Origin: Diplonema japonicum
Taxonomy: Eukaryota > Protista > Euglenozoa: Diplonemea
Reading direction: 5' to 3'
DNA: 64,000 nt
Assembly (NCBI GenBank): GCA_964019335.1
Contig: OZ025668.1
Location: 372,001 to 436,000, forward strand
The notes under the pieces were generated by a model. The model did not search any database, was not told the DNA's origin, and saw nothing but the letters and a program-made list of their open reading frames with translations. Each line of letters starts with the position of its first letter. Positions within the stretch are counted from its first letter, which is position 1. A program made the position numbers and the translations under genes. This document shows positions 11,909 to 24,962 of this stretch, piece by piece.

Positions 11909-14900
11909 TCACCACTGAGCCTGAGAATCAGTGAGTTCCCGTTTTTTGCTTTTGCTTCGCTGCCGTGGTGACTGTGGGCCATCCGACCCACTCCCCCTCC
12001 TGATACGGTTCTTCGGATCAAGAATATTGTAACTGAGAATTCTTTTTCCCCCCCCATCCTAACATACACAGGGTTCCGCAGTTTTTCCCTGAACTTCTCC
12101 CGCTCCTTGCCCCCACGCCACAGCTGCTGTATTTTCAACGCTGCGAAGGTAAACACAACAGGAGTAGCTTTCCGCGAGGTTGGTGGGGGCGACTGAGCGG
12201 CACCGTCGGAATGTTCAAAGAGCGCTGCCCACCGTTTCTGCAAAGCATTCTTAGCAGCTTTCCATTCCGAGTTACACTGGTCTCTGTACAACTTGTCGAA
12301 AAGACCTTCCGACTCAGTATAGTCTACAGTATCCACGGGTTCTTGCATCACCTGGCACAGGGCGTGCAGGAACTTCTCGTAGTCGACCAACCCGTCTGTC
12401 TCTTCAAGGATTAAGTTCAATCTTGATTCTTTTTTTCTGTTCCATTCTCGTGCGCCGGGGTCCGTCCCCGACCAGTAGCCCAACGGCGGGCCGCATGCTT
12501 TAAGAAGGACAGGGACACGCACGGTCTCGATGCGCCACGTGAACTTCGGGTCGCGTTTTGCCCATTCCTCCAAGAACAGCTCCATCTCGCATGCTGTGAG
12601 GGGTGCGTTGATCTCATTATTGACAGTGTCGTAGCCAGACAGGATGACCGCGATCAGCACATTTAGCAGCACATACATCACAAACATGATGAACGACACA
12701 AAGTAGAAGACAGCAAAGGTTCGTGTCCCACACCCGTCTAAGTGGTTCGAGCAATATGGTTCCCCCACGCTGCAGTCTGACATGAAGCACTGCCACTCCT
12801 CACCGGTCGACATCCTGAAGAGCAGAAGTACTGCATCGCCGAAGTTCCCGAAGTTCGCATGCGGCCCCAAACACCGACCAGACTCGATACGCCCGAACTG
12901 GTTCACCCCCACCACGGCATACAGGAAGTACAGCAGCGACAACAACGCAGCAACATTTACAAGATTTGGGAAGGACAGCCACAGTGTACGGAGCAGATTC
13001 TTCACACCATGCGCCATGCGGATGACGCGTGCCAATCGGAAGAGACGGAGCACTCTCATGAAGTCGACGGCCTCGATGTTCTGCGTGTTGAGGACGATGC
13101 CCACCAACGAGACGACCACGACAAGGAAGTCGAACTTGTTCCAGTTCTCGTTGAAGTACGAGACGCCGTACGCTGCGAGCTTGGCGCACGCCTCCAACAC
13201 GTAGATCCCCACAAACACCTTGTTGATGGTCTCCAGAAGGTCTGTGTACCTTTGAGGCTGCCCAGCATGCTCGGTTCCCATGAGCGCTACGTTCAGCACG
13301 ATGACCGTTGTGATAGTCTTCTCGAACTTCCTGGACACGACTACAGACTGCAGGGACCGCGAGACGGCGTTCTGGAGCACTACCTTGCGCGTGCTTTCTG
13401 TCGCTGAGAGCATAATCTCTTGTATGTTGGTGTACAACTTTTGCTTTTCTGTGAGACCTGCGTACCGCTCTTTCCGTATGCGTTCCTTGGCCTGGCTGTA
13501 CTGTTCGATCAGAACACCTATGAAGAGATTCACGATGAAGAACGACCCCAGCACAATGAAGACAAGGAAGTACAGCGCGAAGAACGGCTGGCTGTTCTTC
13601 TGCGGCGCGTGTTTCGGTGCATGGCTGTCCATCCCAAGGTACATGACACCCACCCAGCCCTCCAGCGTCGACATCTCGAACAAGGTAACAAGCGCCGCCC
13701 CAAGGTGGTCGAAGTGTGAGGGGCTGTTTTCCCACCTATACGGCTGCGTGCATTCTCCAGCTGTGGTGATAGGATTCTCCGACCGGTAAGACACGTCACC
13801 CCATGTTGCGTCGGAACACGCGTAGAAGGCTCCCTTGAAGAAATGCACACCCAAGATAGCAAATATAACAAAAAAGAAACCTGTCACAAGCCCGATGTGG
13901 AAGAGGGGTGACAGTGACGACAACAACACTTCGATAACCAGTTTCATGCCAGACGACTTGTTGATGAAGCGCAGCGGCCGCAGCGTGCGGATCATCCTGA
14001 AGACCCCTGCCTGCGAGGCGCCCTTTACAAACAGCGCGACCAATGACAGAACGACGATCCCAAAATCCAACTTGTTCCAAAAATCTCTTCTGATGTAAGA
14101 CCCAGGGTGCAGGACAAACCCGTAGGCAAGGGTTTTGAGAAGCGCCTCAAAAGAGAAGCAGATTGTGAGGATGAGGTCGATGAGCCCGAGCGCACGCGGG
14201 AGGGGAAGGTCCGGCGCCGTATACGGGTTGTACATAGCGAGAGAGATGGTCGACAGCAGAATCAACAGAATGATGACAATCTCGAAGTAGGTATGTTCCA
14301 CCAGTATCAGTAGAAATATACGAGGTCGGTGATTGGTGGAGAAGATGAAAAGCGAGCGATACGTGATGGGGTACACCTCCCCCAGAGCATCTTTGAGGTT
14401 TGCCATTGTGACATGGCTCAAGGGCGGGCTGAATGCGCCGTCGTCCCAACCGTGCTCTGCAAGCTGAGATTCCAACAACGGGTAGTCGTCATCGCTGCAG
14501 AGTTCGTTCAGTTTCGTTTCGAAGTCCCCTGTCGTGAGCTCTTCCTGAATTACCTCTTGAATTTTATTCGATTCAGCTCCGATGGAGCACAGCCTGCAGG
14601 GGCTCCGTGGTTCTGCCTCGTTGTCCTTGGGAGGTGAGAACTGCGTGTTGTTGATAAGCACGGCGATGAACAAGTTCAGCACTATGTAGTTCCCGATGAT
14701 GAAGAGGCTTACGAAGTAGCAGGCCGCGCCCCCGTTCACCCCACGCATCCCGTTGTACATGACAGTGTTCCAATCCTCCCCTGTGATGATCTGGAACACA
14801 GTGATGCTAGACCACCCCAAGTGGTCGAAATTCGACCTGGGCAGATCGCTGCAGTAGTCGCTGCTGCCCTCGACGTAGTCCTCTGTGTCTAAACCGCAGA

Positions 14901-16542
14901 ATCTGCCACCGAAGAGATGCATACCAAGTTGTGCATAAACGAACATGATAAGGCCGAGTAGCATGGTGAGCACCCACACACCCTCCAGGGAGGCGATGAT
15001 AGCTGCGAACGTGTTCCATAAATCTGGGAACTGCTTGGCGAGCTTTAAGACGCGAAGGAGCCGCAACGCACGTAAGACACTGATGCTCGACAGCCCGTTC
15101 ATGTACCGAGAGACAACCACCAGGTCCAACAACCCGACGACAGATACTACAGCATCAAAGATGTTCGCCTTGTCTTTGACGTACTCCTTGGGGCCCAGAG
15201 CCACAAGCTTTAGCACCATCTCCGCAACAAAGACAACCGTGAAAATGATGTTCGTGACCTCATCGATGACATCAAGCGCGTGCGGCTGTAAATAATGTAT
15301 GGAAGCAAGAATGATGGTGTTCAGCACAATGATCAGCGTCATGAAGCCATTAAAGGCTCGGCTCTGAACGAACTCTTCGAGTTTTGTCGGTGGTTGTTCC
15401 TCCAACGGGACGATGGAGATACCTGCACACCGCTCGGCTTGCGACATTGAGAACAGGTTTTGAATTTGCTCGTCGCCGATCTGATTCCGCGTTTGGAAGA
15501 ATATGGTATTAATCGTCACAAGAGCGAGGTTTGCAACGAAGAAAGCACCGATAAGCAGGACCAGCACAAAGAAAACAGCTGCCCAATCGCTGCTGCTGTC
15601 CATTGCAGCGTACATGACTGTCGACCATCCCTCCATCGTGACCATCGTGAAGATCGTCAACGCAGACCAACCCATATGGTCAAACGACGTTTTCCCATAG
15701 TTTGGGTTCATCACCGGGATGCAGTCATAGCCCCATGGACAGTGATAGCCGTGACCAACACCAGCTGAAGGGCTGCATACTCTGGTTAAATTTTCCAAAT
15801 CAATTTCGGTAGCAATGCATCGGTAAACAAGCCTGCCCTTCCAGATTTGAACAGCGATGGTTCCAGTCAGTACAACGAACATAAGATACAAGAGAAGAAC
15901 ATCGACAAGCTGCCCTAAAGACCGCAGAAGCACGGTGATAATGAGTTGGAGGGACTTCAAACGAGAGACTGCTCTAAGCGGGCGGAGCACACGGAACGCA
16001 CGCATTGCAGAGAGCCCTGCAGTACCCGTGTCGCCGACAGAGATTTCAATTAACATTGTTGCACAGGATATAGCCACGATGATGAAGTCCACAAAGTTCC
16101 AGGTGTCTCTGAGGTATGAGAATTTATACCGATACAGCCCTTGCACAGATATTCGAACAGCAGCATCGACAGCGAAGATGATTGTAAAGCCATACTCTAT
16201 CTTTTGTAGGGTTTTGTTTCGTTGTGATGATGCAGAAGTGTCTGTTGGATCGATAGCTGCCAATGCAACGCAATTCAATAAAATCAGTCCTAAGGTCGCT
16301 TTGTCTAGCTTGTTGTTCAGAATCAGAAACTTCACAAGCTTGACCCTCCAAGGGTGAAACAGCTGCATTTCTTCCTCACGCGTTGCCTCCTCCTTTGAGA
16401 AAAACTGAAAGCTCGCCAGACTGTGTTTTGTTCTTGCCGGTTGGCTGCACACACTCGAGCGAACTTTTGTCGTTTCATTGTCCCCGTCGGCCTTCTCCCT
16501 CGAACCACTCTTGTTTTGACTGATGTCATCGAAGCCTAGCAT
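11909..16542 (-). CDS. four-domain voltage-gated Ca2+ channel alpha subunit
   Basis: Four 6-TM repeats with R-x-x S4 helices; pore loops TMEGW/TGEDW/TLEGW/TGEEW (EEEE filter); EF-hand-like region and IQ motif (IQQLWRG). A 35-nt GT-AG intron (12033-12067) gives the end ...DSQAQW* at 11909 instead of a poly-Lys read-through to 11797. Confidence 0.93.
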
Positions 16543-16708
16543 CTAAAAGAAAAGGGGAAACATGAAAAAAAGTGTGGGAACGGAGGGACCAGGGTGACCT
16601 ACCCTTCTAGTTGGGCTATCACATTACACCATGCGGCCTGTTGAGAAGTCCTTTTTTTCTTTTCTTTTTTTTTTCTTCTCCCCCTCCCTCTGTTTTATGG
16701 AAAATGAA

Positions 16709-18507
16709 TTAACCATCTACCAACGAGCGTCTATATAGACGATTTGAAAAAAATCTTTTGCGCAAAGGGCTTTCAATGCAATACAGCCCGGCCACTTCTC
16801 GCATCCGGGTCCTGCGCGGAAAATATGAAAAATATAAACTAAATGCTGCCCTAACTTTGCAAGAAATGAAAAAATAAAAAAAAACGCCAGCCCAAATTTA
16901 CCCTTAAAAATCACTTCAAAAAAGGGCACCCAGAAAGAGGCCGGAAGAGGACATTATGAGTGATGGTAGCACTGATGGCTCATCCCTATTATGCAATTTG
17001 GTACGAACAGTGATTCTGATTCGAATTCGACCGATTCCGAGTCACAGCAGGGTGATTGGACGGCAAAGCCGGAGCAGTTGGAAGGCATCCGGTTTCGTGA
17101 AGATCGGAATCCTTGTGGACCCTGTTTTGACATCAGAGGCTCAACGCCATACCATATATTCTCCCAAATGCTCGTCCCAAACGTTATTTGGGTCATAACT
17201 TCGAACAATGTGGCAAATGCGGCTAAAAAAGGTGTTTCCCTGGATCTCGATGCTGCTTCTCTGCATACCTTCCTAGGTGCCCTTTTGTCGATGGACTTGG
17301 ATATCAAGCCAGATTATTCTGACTACTGGCGCACTTGCTCCACGCCTCTCAACCACACCCCCTGGGTACGCCACCGTCATGTCAAGAGACCGCTTTTTGA
17401 CTATTCTGGGAAATCTGTGTTTCCACAGTGAAACAAACAAGCGTGCTGACTTCTACCTATCGCAAAGGCCTCCCGGAAATCATGGATGCCCCAAAGAAGC
17501 GAGTCCGCAAGCCCAAGGACGCGCACCCTGTGGGGACACCCAGTTCCACCAGCACATGAGCATCCTTTGCACCACAACGTGGCATGACATCAAGCCTGTG
17601 CGCTTTCTGTCGACGTTGGATGTTCTGGTGAAGTCAAATTTGGCGTGTCGGCCAAAAGAGAATGAAAGCCGGAGGCCCTCCAGAAAGGACATCCCGCTCC
17701 CCCACCAAGTGCATATTTACAACACCGCAATGGGCGGAACCGACGCTGGGTGACGCTGTGACAAAACGCCATAAACGCACCCTTATGACTTCGAAGTGGC
17801 CCCTGAAAGTATTTTCGTACTTGTTAGATAAATCTCTGGCAAATGCTTGGCTTGTTTGGAAAGAAGCATTGCCCCCCAACACCCTGAGTACGAACGACAG
17901 TGGATTCACGCTTTCAAAGAGGCAGTGTCTTTTCGACTTGCAATGCTTGCACCGCACGTTGCGCTACTTTTTCGGGGAAATGGTCCCAGAAGGGCCTCAG
18001 GGCACTCGTTCTGTGTTTCGGGGCATGGTATTGGGGCAGCCTGCTCTGTAGTTGACTTTAGCTGTTGTTTGGGCAGCCTCCCTAGTAGCCCTTCGATGCC
18101 TCTATTTCAGTGTTCAGCCTGCTTGGTACAACTTTGCGTGACTCCGTGCTTCAAAGACTACCACCTTGCCGGGGATACCCCCCCAGAAACCCCTCTCGGG
18201 GTCAAAAAGTCCCCCAGCCCTGGGGCACGTACGAACCGCGTCAAGAAGGCCTTAAATAGCTTTTTATAGAATTTTACAGTCGATTTTTTTGACTTGTTTT
18301 TTGTACCCCCTCTCGAGCACTTCAGGAACGATATTTTTGACATGTTGTGGGGGTGGGCCTTGCTGTGGGCACCCACTCTCTAGAATTGGGACATCCGGAG
18401 GCATTTCCGGGGGCATATAGCCCCGGCGTTGCGCTAGAATAGTTTTTTTTGAAGTTTTGAAAATTTACCCCCTGGTGGGCAAAAATGGTCCGTTGGTAGA
18501 TGGTTAA
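16709..18507 (+). mobile_element. piggyBac DNA transposon, internally deleted
   Basis: TTAA (16709-16712) + CCATCTACCAACG (16713-16725) ... CGTTGGTAGATGG (18491-18503) + TTAA (18504-18507): perfect 13-bp TIRs with TTAA target duplication. Confidence 0.93.
16956..18165 (+). pseudogene. frameshifted piggyBac transposase
   Basis: Motifs spread over several frames: DYW, MSRDRF..IL..L.F, W.D.KPV.FLST, IYN..MGG.D, KWP.KVF.YLLD....NAW and C-terminal CxxC...LC..PCF..YH; much of the catalytic core is missing. Confidence 0.85.
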
Positions 18508-18549
18508 ACACAAAAAAAAAAGGACAAAAATTACTACCACAAAAAGAAC

Positions 18550-18580
<31 letters not shown>

Positions 18581-18603
18581 AAAAAAAAAAAAAAAAACAT
18601 AAT

Positions 18604-19428
18604 CTACTGAGCACCATGGGGGAACGCAGAGCAATCGATATCTATAGTGTGGACGGTTTTAGGAGAGGCTGTTATGGATCGGGTAGAAGGTGGTGGTGCC
18701 TCGGATGGCTTTCGGGGAGATTGTTGTCTTCGAGGAGAGTCAGGCCTGTTTCTAGGACTATCGATCTGCTTCCGAATCTCATCTGCAAAGGCGTCGTTAT
18801 ACGAAAAGGCCATGGGCGGCATTTTCCCAGCCCGCATATTGGCAAAGGCAAAATTCAGAGTAGTGCAGGTGTAAAAGGGCAACCCGGCCCATTTTTGATG
18901 GCCTTTGAACTTCGATTGGAGCCAAAGATACCAATCTTCACAATCTTTGTCTGTAAGCGCCTCTAAGTCGAGGGTTCGCTTGCTGGTGAGAATCGAGAAA
19001 CATAACTCTTTCCGAGTTATGTTGTCCATGTGGTAGTTGAAGGCTCTGCTGAGAGGACCAAGCTGGATGGCTAAGATATCCCGCAGGTCTATAACGACCT
19101 CTGTTGCGTCGGTGTGGCTTAGTTTCGAGCGTGAGTTGATGTCGCTCTTGCTAACGGCAATCGTGGTCCCCCCCAGTAAAACGACTCGTTTTAGTCTTCT
19201 GGCGTTGCTCCCGAAGCCACACTTCCACATCACCATGCCGTTCTGCAGCCTCCCGAGCCGAGCTTCTTTGCAATCATTCTCTGTCTCGTACATGTCCTTG
19301 CTCTCCACATACAGCGTCGCCAGCTTCGGCCCACGGTTTACCCTATGATTCCACATCAAATAGTACAGAATCAACCCCGCCAGGAACAGAATTAGAAACG
19401 CGATGAACGCTGAAAACCATCCCGGCAT
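18604..19428 (-). CDS. membrane-anchored PH-domain protein
   Basis: N-terminal hydrophobic helix (FIAFLILFLAGLILYYLM) then PLC/Num1-like PH motifs (I.AIQLG, CFSILTSKRTLDLEA......W); start at MPGWFS. Confidence 0.8.
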   Translation of the reverse strand: MPGWFSAFIAFLILFLAGLILYYLMWNHRVNRGPKLATLYVESKDMYETENDCKEARLGRLQNGMVMWKCGFGSNARRLKRVVLLGGTTIAVSKSDINSRSKLSHTDATEVVIDLRDILAIQLGPLSRAFNYHMDNITRKELCFSILTSKRTLDLEALTDKDCEDWYLWLQSKFKGHQKWAGLPFYTCTTLNFAFANMRAGKMPPMAFSYNDAFADEIRKQIDSPRNRPDSPRRQQSPRKPSEAPPPSTRSITASPKTVHTIDIDCSAFPHGAQ

Positions 19429-19744
19429 TTCTTTTTTTTTTTTTAAACTCCACTTGAAGGATGAATTGTGTGGAGACTGTAAAGAATGAAAAAAAAACAA
19501 AAAAAAACAAAAACAGGGGTGGTGGGGATATGTTTGGATAACTATGCATTTTTTTAATTTCTGTCCCCCCTTCCCAACGAAAGGAAACATTTAAAAAAAA
19601 GAAACTTCTTGAGTAGGGGGGGGGGGGGGGGTGGAAACTGAAAAAAATATATAGTGTGTGTCGGTTAATTTTGGAGTTTCCCTTTTTTTTTATCGATCGC
19701 GGGAGGGGGAGGGTAACGAGCTGAATAGGGGTAGGAGAAAAAAA

Positions 19745-19772
19745 TCATAAAAATCTCCTCTTATGAAACACA

Positions 19773-19823
<51 letters not shown>

Positions 19824-22690
19824 CACACACTACACTTACTGATAGTGGGGGTGCAAAGTACTACACTTTGCCAGAATCTTTGTGAGGGCACCAGGAGGGG
19901 TCTGCATGGAGTTGGTAGCTGGACGGACATGCTCGAGAACTTCGTTCATTTCGTGAGTGCTGGTCCGTGTCCCTGCGGTGTCAAGTGCGGCTTCCAGAAG
20001 CAAGATCTTCTGGTTGGTGGAAGTGCAGTTTCCAAGCGACTTGGCGACCTGCACAGCAAATGACATTGCGGACTGTGCGACAGCCATCTCTGCCCCAACG
20101 CAGGGAGCCGGTACATGGTGGCTGCAAAGCTCACACAGATAACTCATAAGGTCATCCTTGTTCTGCTCGGACACCTTAAGCATCTCGGGAACCCCAGCCT
20201 TCCAGAACTCCTCATTGTCAACACTTGTCCGCAGCCTCCTCTTTGATATTATCAGTTCAACCGCGGAAGGAGTCGTGTTCCTGTTGCAGATACTTTTTCG
20301 CTGTGTCAACATACCCCATTTTAGCAATTACCTCAAGCCCTTCCACAAATAGATCCCTCAGTCGGGAATCGGCTTGCTGCTGCCACTTGGTATCGACGGA
20401 AGCCTCCTGATTTCTTTCTTCTTTTTTAAAGTTTTTTTGATACCGTGTCGTTGCCCAGTTTCTCCAGCCCCATTTTGAGCTCAGCCGAAATTTCCTTCCC
20501 AACGTTCGCGACGAGGTCCTTCGACTTGGTGATGAGGTCCGAAGTGTGCTTGTTAAGCGTTTCACGCTCTTGCTGAAGGAACACATTAGTCGTCTGCTCC
20601 AGGTGCTTCTTCAGCTCCCCACGGAGAGAGTCGTGTATCGCCTGTTAGTTATGTATTACATGTTTTTCGAAAAGATAAATTCAAACCTGCTTGATAGCCG
20701 CCTCTTCCACTTCAGTTTCCTTCGGCGAGAAGGCCGACTTCATGACCATGCTCTTCAGCCTCGCGAGGCCCGGTTCGCTGAGAAGCGCTTGTGTGGCTTT
20801 CTGAAGCTCGCTCGTGAGGATCTTAGCCTCATGCATCCTGTTCCCCTTGGACTCGTTGAGTAGGTTCTGGTAGTCTTTCTGCGTAGTAAGTAGTGTGCAG
20901 GGGAAAAGTAACACACCGTGGAGTCTTCCTGCACCTTGGTGAGCCCTTGTGTCACACCCACGTGAAGCTGCTTGATAAGATCCGTGTCGTGCTGAAGTGA
21001 AGTGAGGTAAAAAGGGGGATTACAACATACATCAGCAGACTCCTTCACAAGCGCCGTAACCTGCTTGCTCGTTGTCTCCAGTTGTTCTTCAGACTTCTTG
21101 ATGTTCTTCGCCTGCATCTGCTGCGTCTGCTTCATGTCTTGCTCCAGCTGAGTGATCCTCTGCGCGATGTCGTGGTGGCATTTGATCATAGCCTGGCACG
21201 TTTCATCGACCTGTTATTTTGAATTCTTTCTTTTTTTTTCTGCTTCACTGTGCATACCATTTTTGTTGTCTCTTTCAGCTGTTCCTCGAACTCAGGTGGG
21301 ACTTCTTGGCCCTTTTTGCTCTGCAGTATTTGGTTTTCCTCTTTCAGGCGTTCGTTTTCCCTTGTGAGGCGTTTCACCTGCGTTTGGAGATCGTCCATGG
21401 TCAAGGAGGTTTTGTCATTGTGGGAGGAGGGGAGGCTGGTGATGTCTGAGAGCGAGATGTCGTGAAGGAAGAGGCCTTCGGTACGCCTGGTGGAGCACCT
21501 CACACCGGCCCTTTCGGATTTTGCGACGATGGAGACGAAGGAGCCGAAGGTGGCGTCACAGTCGAAACTGTTGACTCCAGTAACGTAGCAGCCCGATCCT
21601 GTGGCTGTGGAGAGGCGGAGGACAACCATGACGGGCTTGTCCTTCGAAGCAAGGACGAGGACGTCACTGTTGGTCCCAACTTCAAGCAGTTTGCTGCCAT
21701 CGAAGTCTCGAAGAGTGACTGTCTGAGTTTTCCATGCTTGCCACGTGTCGTTCTTACTCTTCTTGACGTGGTACAAGACAAGCTTCCCAGCGGTGTCCCA
21801 CATGATGACATTATGGCTGTTCACAGACGAGTCCTGCTGCAGTGCAGGGATTGCTCGCATGCTGCTGATCTCCATGTCTGCCTTCCATTTGCATGTTGTC
21901 TCGAAGTCCTCGTTCAGCGTTGTCACCACATTGCCTTCCTTCTCCACCACCACGTACAGTTTCCCGTCTGTCGACAGTGTGAAGTCGTTTGCGTTCAGTC
22001 CTTCCTTCACAATCTTTGCCGCCCCTGATGAAAGCGCATCGTCAAGTGTCACTTGCTTCGCAGCCTTCAAACATTCTTCTTCGTCGATCATCACAAGGCC
22101 CCCGTCCGCTAGTAAGACTGTGACGCGGGTGTTGTCCTTCTCGCACACTCTTCCCTCAATCTTAACCCCTGTCTGGTTTTCCCCGAACTTCACGAACAGC
22201 CGGTCCTCAGGGATGTGCTCCTCGTTGAGCTTCTGTATCAGGACACCATGTTCTTCAAGCCCCTTCACAAGCTGTGTTAGTTGTTTTTTGTTTTCTTTTT
22301 TTTTTTTTTTTTTTGGAAAAAAGGAGCAGGTGCCATACCATCACAATTGACTTGTTCTTCCCCTTTATGCTCGCAATATCCAAAATTTCGATCTCGTTTT
22401 CGCCGATTTTCAGGTCCGTGGTGGTCTTGTGTCCGGTCTTGCTGATGACCTTCAGCTTGTCTCGCTGGTCGATAACTTTTTTTTTAAGGAGGGGAATTAA
22501 TAAACGGAAGGGGAAAAGAAAGAAAAAAAAAAAAAAAAAAAACTCCGGTAAACATACTATGCGTGCCATCCTGCAGCAATTCGTGAGCCCTCCTCACGAT
22601 GCCTGGCTTTATGGCTAGGGTTAAAACGTTAATGGGTTCGGACTTTTTCACCGCTTTCACATCGAAAGCAAAGTCATGGTTGCAGGTCAT
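19745..22690 (-). CDS. 10-exon beta-rich plus coiled-coil protein, possibly EDC4/Ge-1/VARICOSE-like decapping enhancer
   Basis: ORF-track fragments join into one frame via GT-AG introns at 22476-22557, 22272-22338, 21211-21257, 20992-21030, 20879-20916, 20642-20686, 20407-20443, 20301-20331 and 19773-19839. C-terminal AMSFAVQVAKSL...KILLLEAAL resembles the EDC4 C-terminal domain; family call tentative. Confidence 0.6.
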
Positions 22691-23391
22691 CTTTTTTTTT
22701 AATTCTCTGTTCCCTTTTTTTGGGGGGGGGGCTCTGTGTTTCGTGATATACAAAAGATAAGAGGGGAAGATTGTTTACAAAGCATCACCGAGTCGTCTCC
22801 CGGCTTTATGGCCAGATGAAACGTAACTCGAAGGTCATCTCTCCTTGTTGTTTCCTGTCTCCTTCTTTTTTGCTGCTGGTATGTATTTATGTGCCACAAA
22901 AGAAAAATAAGAAAGTGATAGAAGAAAGGGTGGGGAAGAAAAAAAAAAAAGGGAGTGGGGTGGTAGTCTTCCAAAATAAAAACTAGTTGTTCGATCGAGA
23001 TCATAATGAAAGACAAGTAAAACAAGCCTCTTGTTAACCACACATCGGTAAAAAAATCAGTAACTATTTACCTAACCACAAGTGGAGATAAAAAGCTGAT
23101 GGCACCGGCGTGTGGCTGAGGCAAATAAAAGAGATGAGATAAAGGAGGTTCCTGTTTTGGAACCCCCCCTTGTCTCTACTTATCTACCCTTTCTCCCTTC
23201 TGGGGTCTCGGCCTTTCTTTCTTTTTTGGCTGTGTTGCCTGAAATAAAAAAAAAATAAAAAAAGGGAGAGGAAAAGATCGCAAGGGGAGGATCAAAAAAT
23301 AGAATACAAAAAGTAATTTCTTCTTTTTGTCAAACACAATATTCTTTTTTTTTTTTTTTTTTTTTGAAAAATCATCAATATCAATAATATA

Positions 23392-24072
23392 TTTTATTTC
23401 ACTCTTCAGAAATTACTTCACGCACTGGGGGGCCCATTACTTCACGCTAAATCTCATTGCTTCACGGTGAAATAATGGCCTGTTTTCCGTGAAGTAATAG
23501 GGGTTTCCGTTAAATAATGCCTCGGTAGGCCAATTTTTGCCTCGGTTCGGTTCCCAGTGGGGCTACTTTTTCCTCTCAGTTTGCTATTTCCCCCCAGGTT
23601 CAGCTCAATTGGCCAACTTTTGCCTCGGCTCAGTTCCAAGTTGGACTACTTTTTCCTCCCAATTTGCCCACTTTTGGCTAGGCCTTGTTCCCAGTTTCTG
23701 TGGGTAACTCTTCTGTGGGTAAGGGTAACTTAGTCAGCTTACCCAAGCACCCCAAAAGACTTCAAAATACCGAAGCAGCAGAAAAAAAGGAGCCAGCGGC
23801 CGCGCTAGGTATGGGAAGGCCTGATTAGAGATGGTGACAGTGGCAATGCCAGCGACAGCGGCAGCTCTTAGTCAACAAAAGGAGGAAAAACAACTTGTAT
23901 TGTAACCTTTGTAACCCCTCTCTTGTTGTACCCCTTGTCACCCTGTTGTGCCCCTCGTGGTGAAGTAATTTCAGAGTGTCGTGAAATAAAACCACTTACC
24001 TACCGCCAAGTAATGCTTTACCGACCTCGAGGTAACGGTAAAATCATTACTTGTTGGCAGTAAATAGCTATT
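23392..24072. mobile_element. second Crypton-like non-autonomous element
   Basis: Starts TTTTATTTCACTCTTC like the 1972 copy; ends GTGAAATAAAACCACTTACC...hairpin...TTGTTGGCAGTAAATAGCTATT; absent from the paralogous interval in unit B (~27800-27910). Confidence 0.6.
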
Positions 24073-24433
24073 AGAAAATTGTTGAAGAGAAACTCCAAAC
24101 AGACTACAATTTGTTTCGTGCACACAGTACAAACCATGAGGCTGGTACTGCATCCTACCACTTGTTGGGTTCCTTTCCTTTCCGATCGTCGGCCTTCCGT
24201 ATTTCTATCGCAAGAGGGGACAGAGGGTTGTTTTCTTTTTTTGTTTTTTTTTTGTTGTTGTGATCTTGTTTTTGTTTTTTTATAACATAATCATTCTTTT
24301 TTTAAATCTTGGCTTAAGTTATTCGTGTTTTTATACAGGAAGAAGTAACAAAGGCCACAGATGAATGATAACAGAGAAAAGTAAAAACTCACACACAAAG
24401 GTAATAAAGGGTGATCTTGATAGGGGGTAAATC

Positions 24434-24464
<31 letters not shown>

Positions 24465-24783
24465 AACAATTTTTCAATTGTGTACCAATTGTGAATAATG
24501 ATCAACACGGGTGGGGGACAGAGAGAGGGAGAAAGAAATCTGTTAATGATCTTTATGTCTTTTTGCTGTGTGCACGAGTAAACACAAGAGCTACTCGAGC
24601 ATTTCTTTTTTTTTTTTTTTTTTTTTTTTTTCTGCAAAGTATAAATAAAAATCATGGTTTTCCTTCTCAAGACACGAAGAGAGGGAGGAAGAAAAAAAAA
24701 GAAAAAAAAAAAAACAACAACAAAAATAAAAGGAGAGGGAGGAAAGAAAAAATGAAAAAAAACAAGAAGAAGAAAAAAAAGAG

Positions 24784-24822
24784 ACATTTAAGGGAACCTG
24801 CGGTATGTGGCAGGACGCCTAA
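24784..24822. repeat. dispersed palindromic short element, copy 1
   Basis: ACATTTAAGGGAACCTGC-GGTATGTG-GCAGGACGCCTAA; absent at the paralogous position ~28527. Confidence 0.85.
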
Positions 24823-24962
24823 AGAAAAGAAGAAAATAAGAAAAAGAAGAATAATTGTGCTTGTGTTCCCACTGACAGGGCTCATTAAAACACAATCTCT
24901 CTTTCCCTCCTTTTTTTTTCTTCATCTTCTTCTTTTTTTGTTTTTTGTTTTTTTCTTGTTTT

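Noticed and set aside
19836-22569. Fragmented ORFs suggesting a pseudogene, frameshifting or stop-codon reassignment
   Set aside because: All breaks are resolved by short GT-AG introns under the standard code; the same holds for the RBM25-like, IVD, CEP76 and FYVE genes.
24794-24803. GAACCTGCGG resembles the 3' end of SSU rRNA; GTATGT resembles a splice donor or SL RNA junction
   Set aside because: Match is only ~10 nt, with no flanking rRNA or spliced-leader exon sequence.
24801-24808. Spacer shares GTATG with the loxP spacer
   Set aside because: Arms are unrelated to loxP; a 5-nt match is expected by chance and there is no vector sequence.
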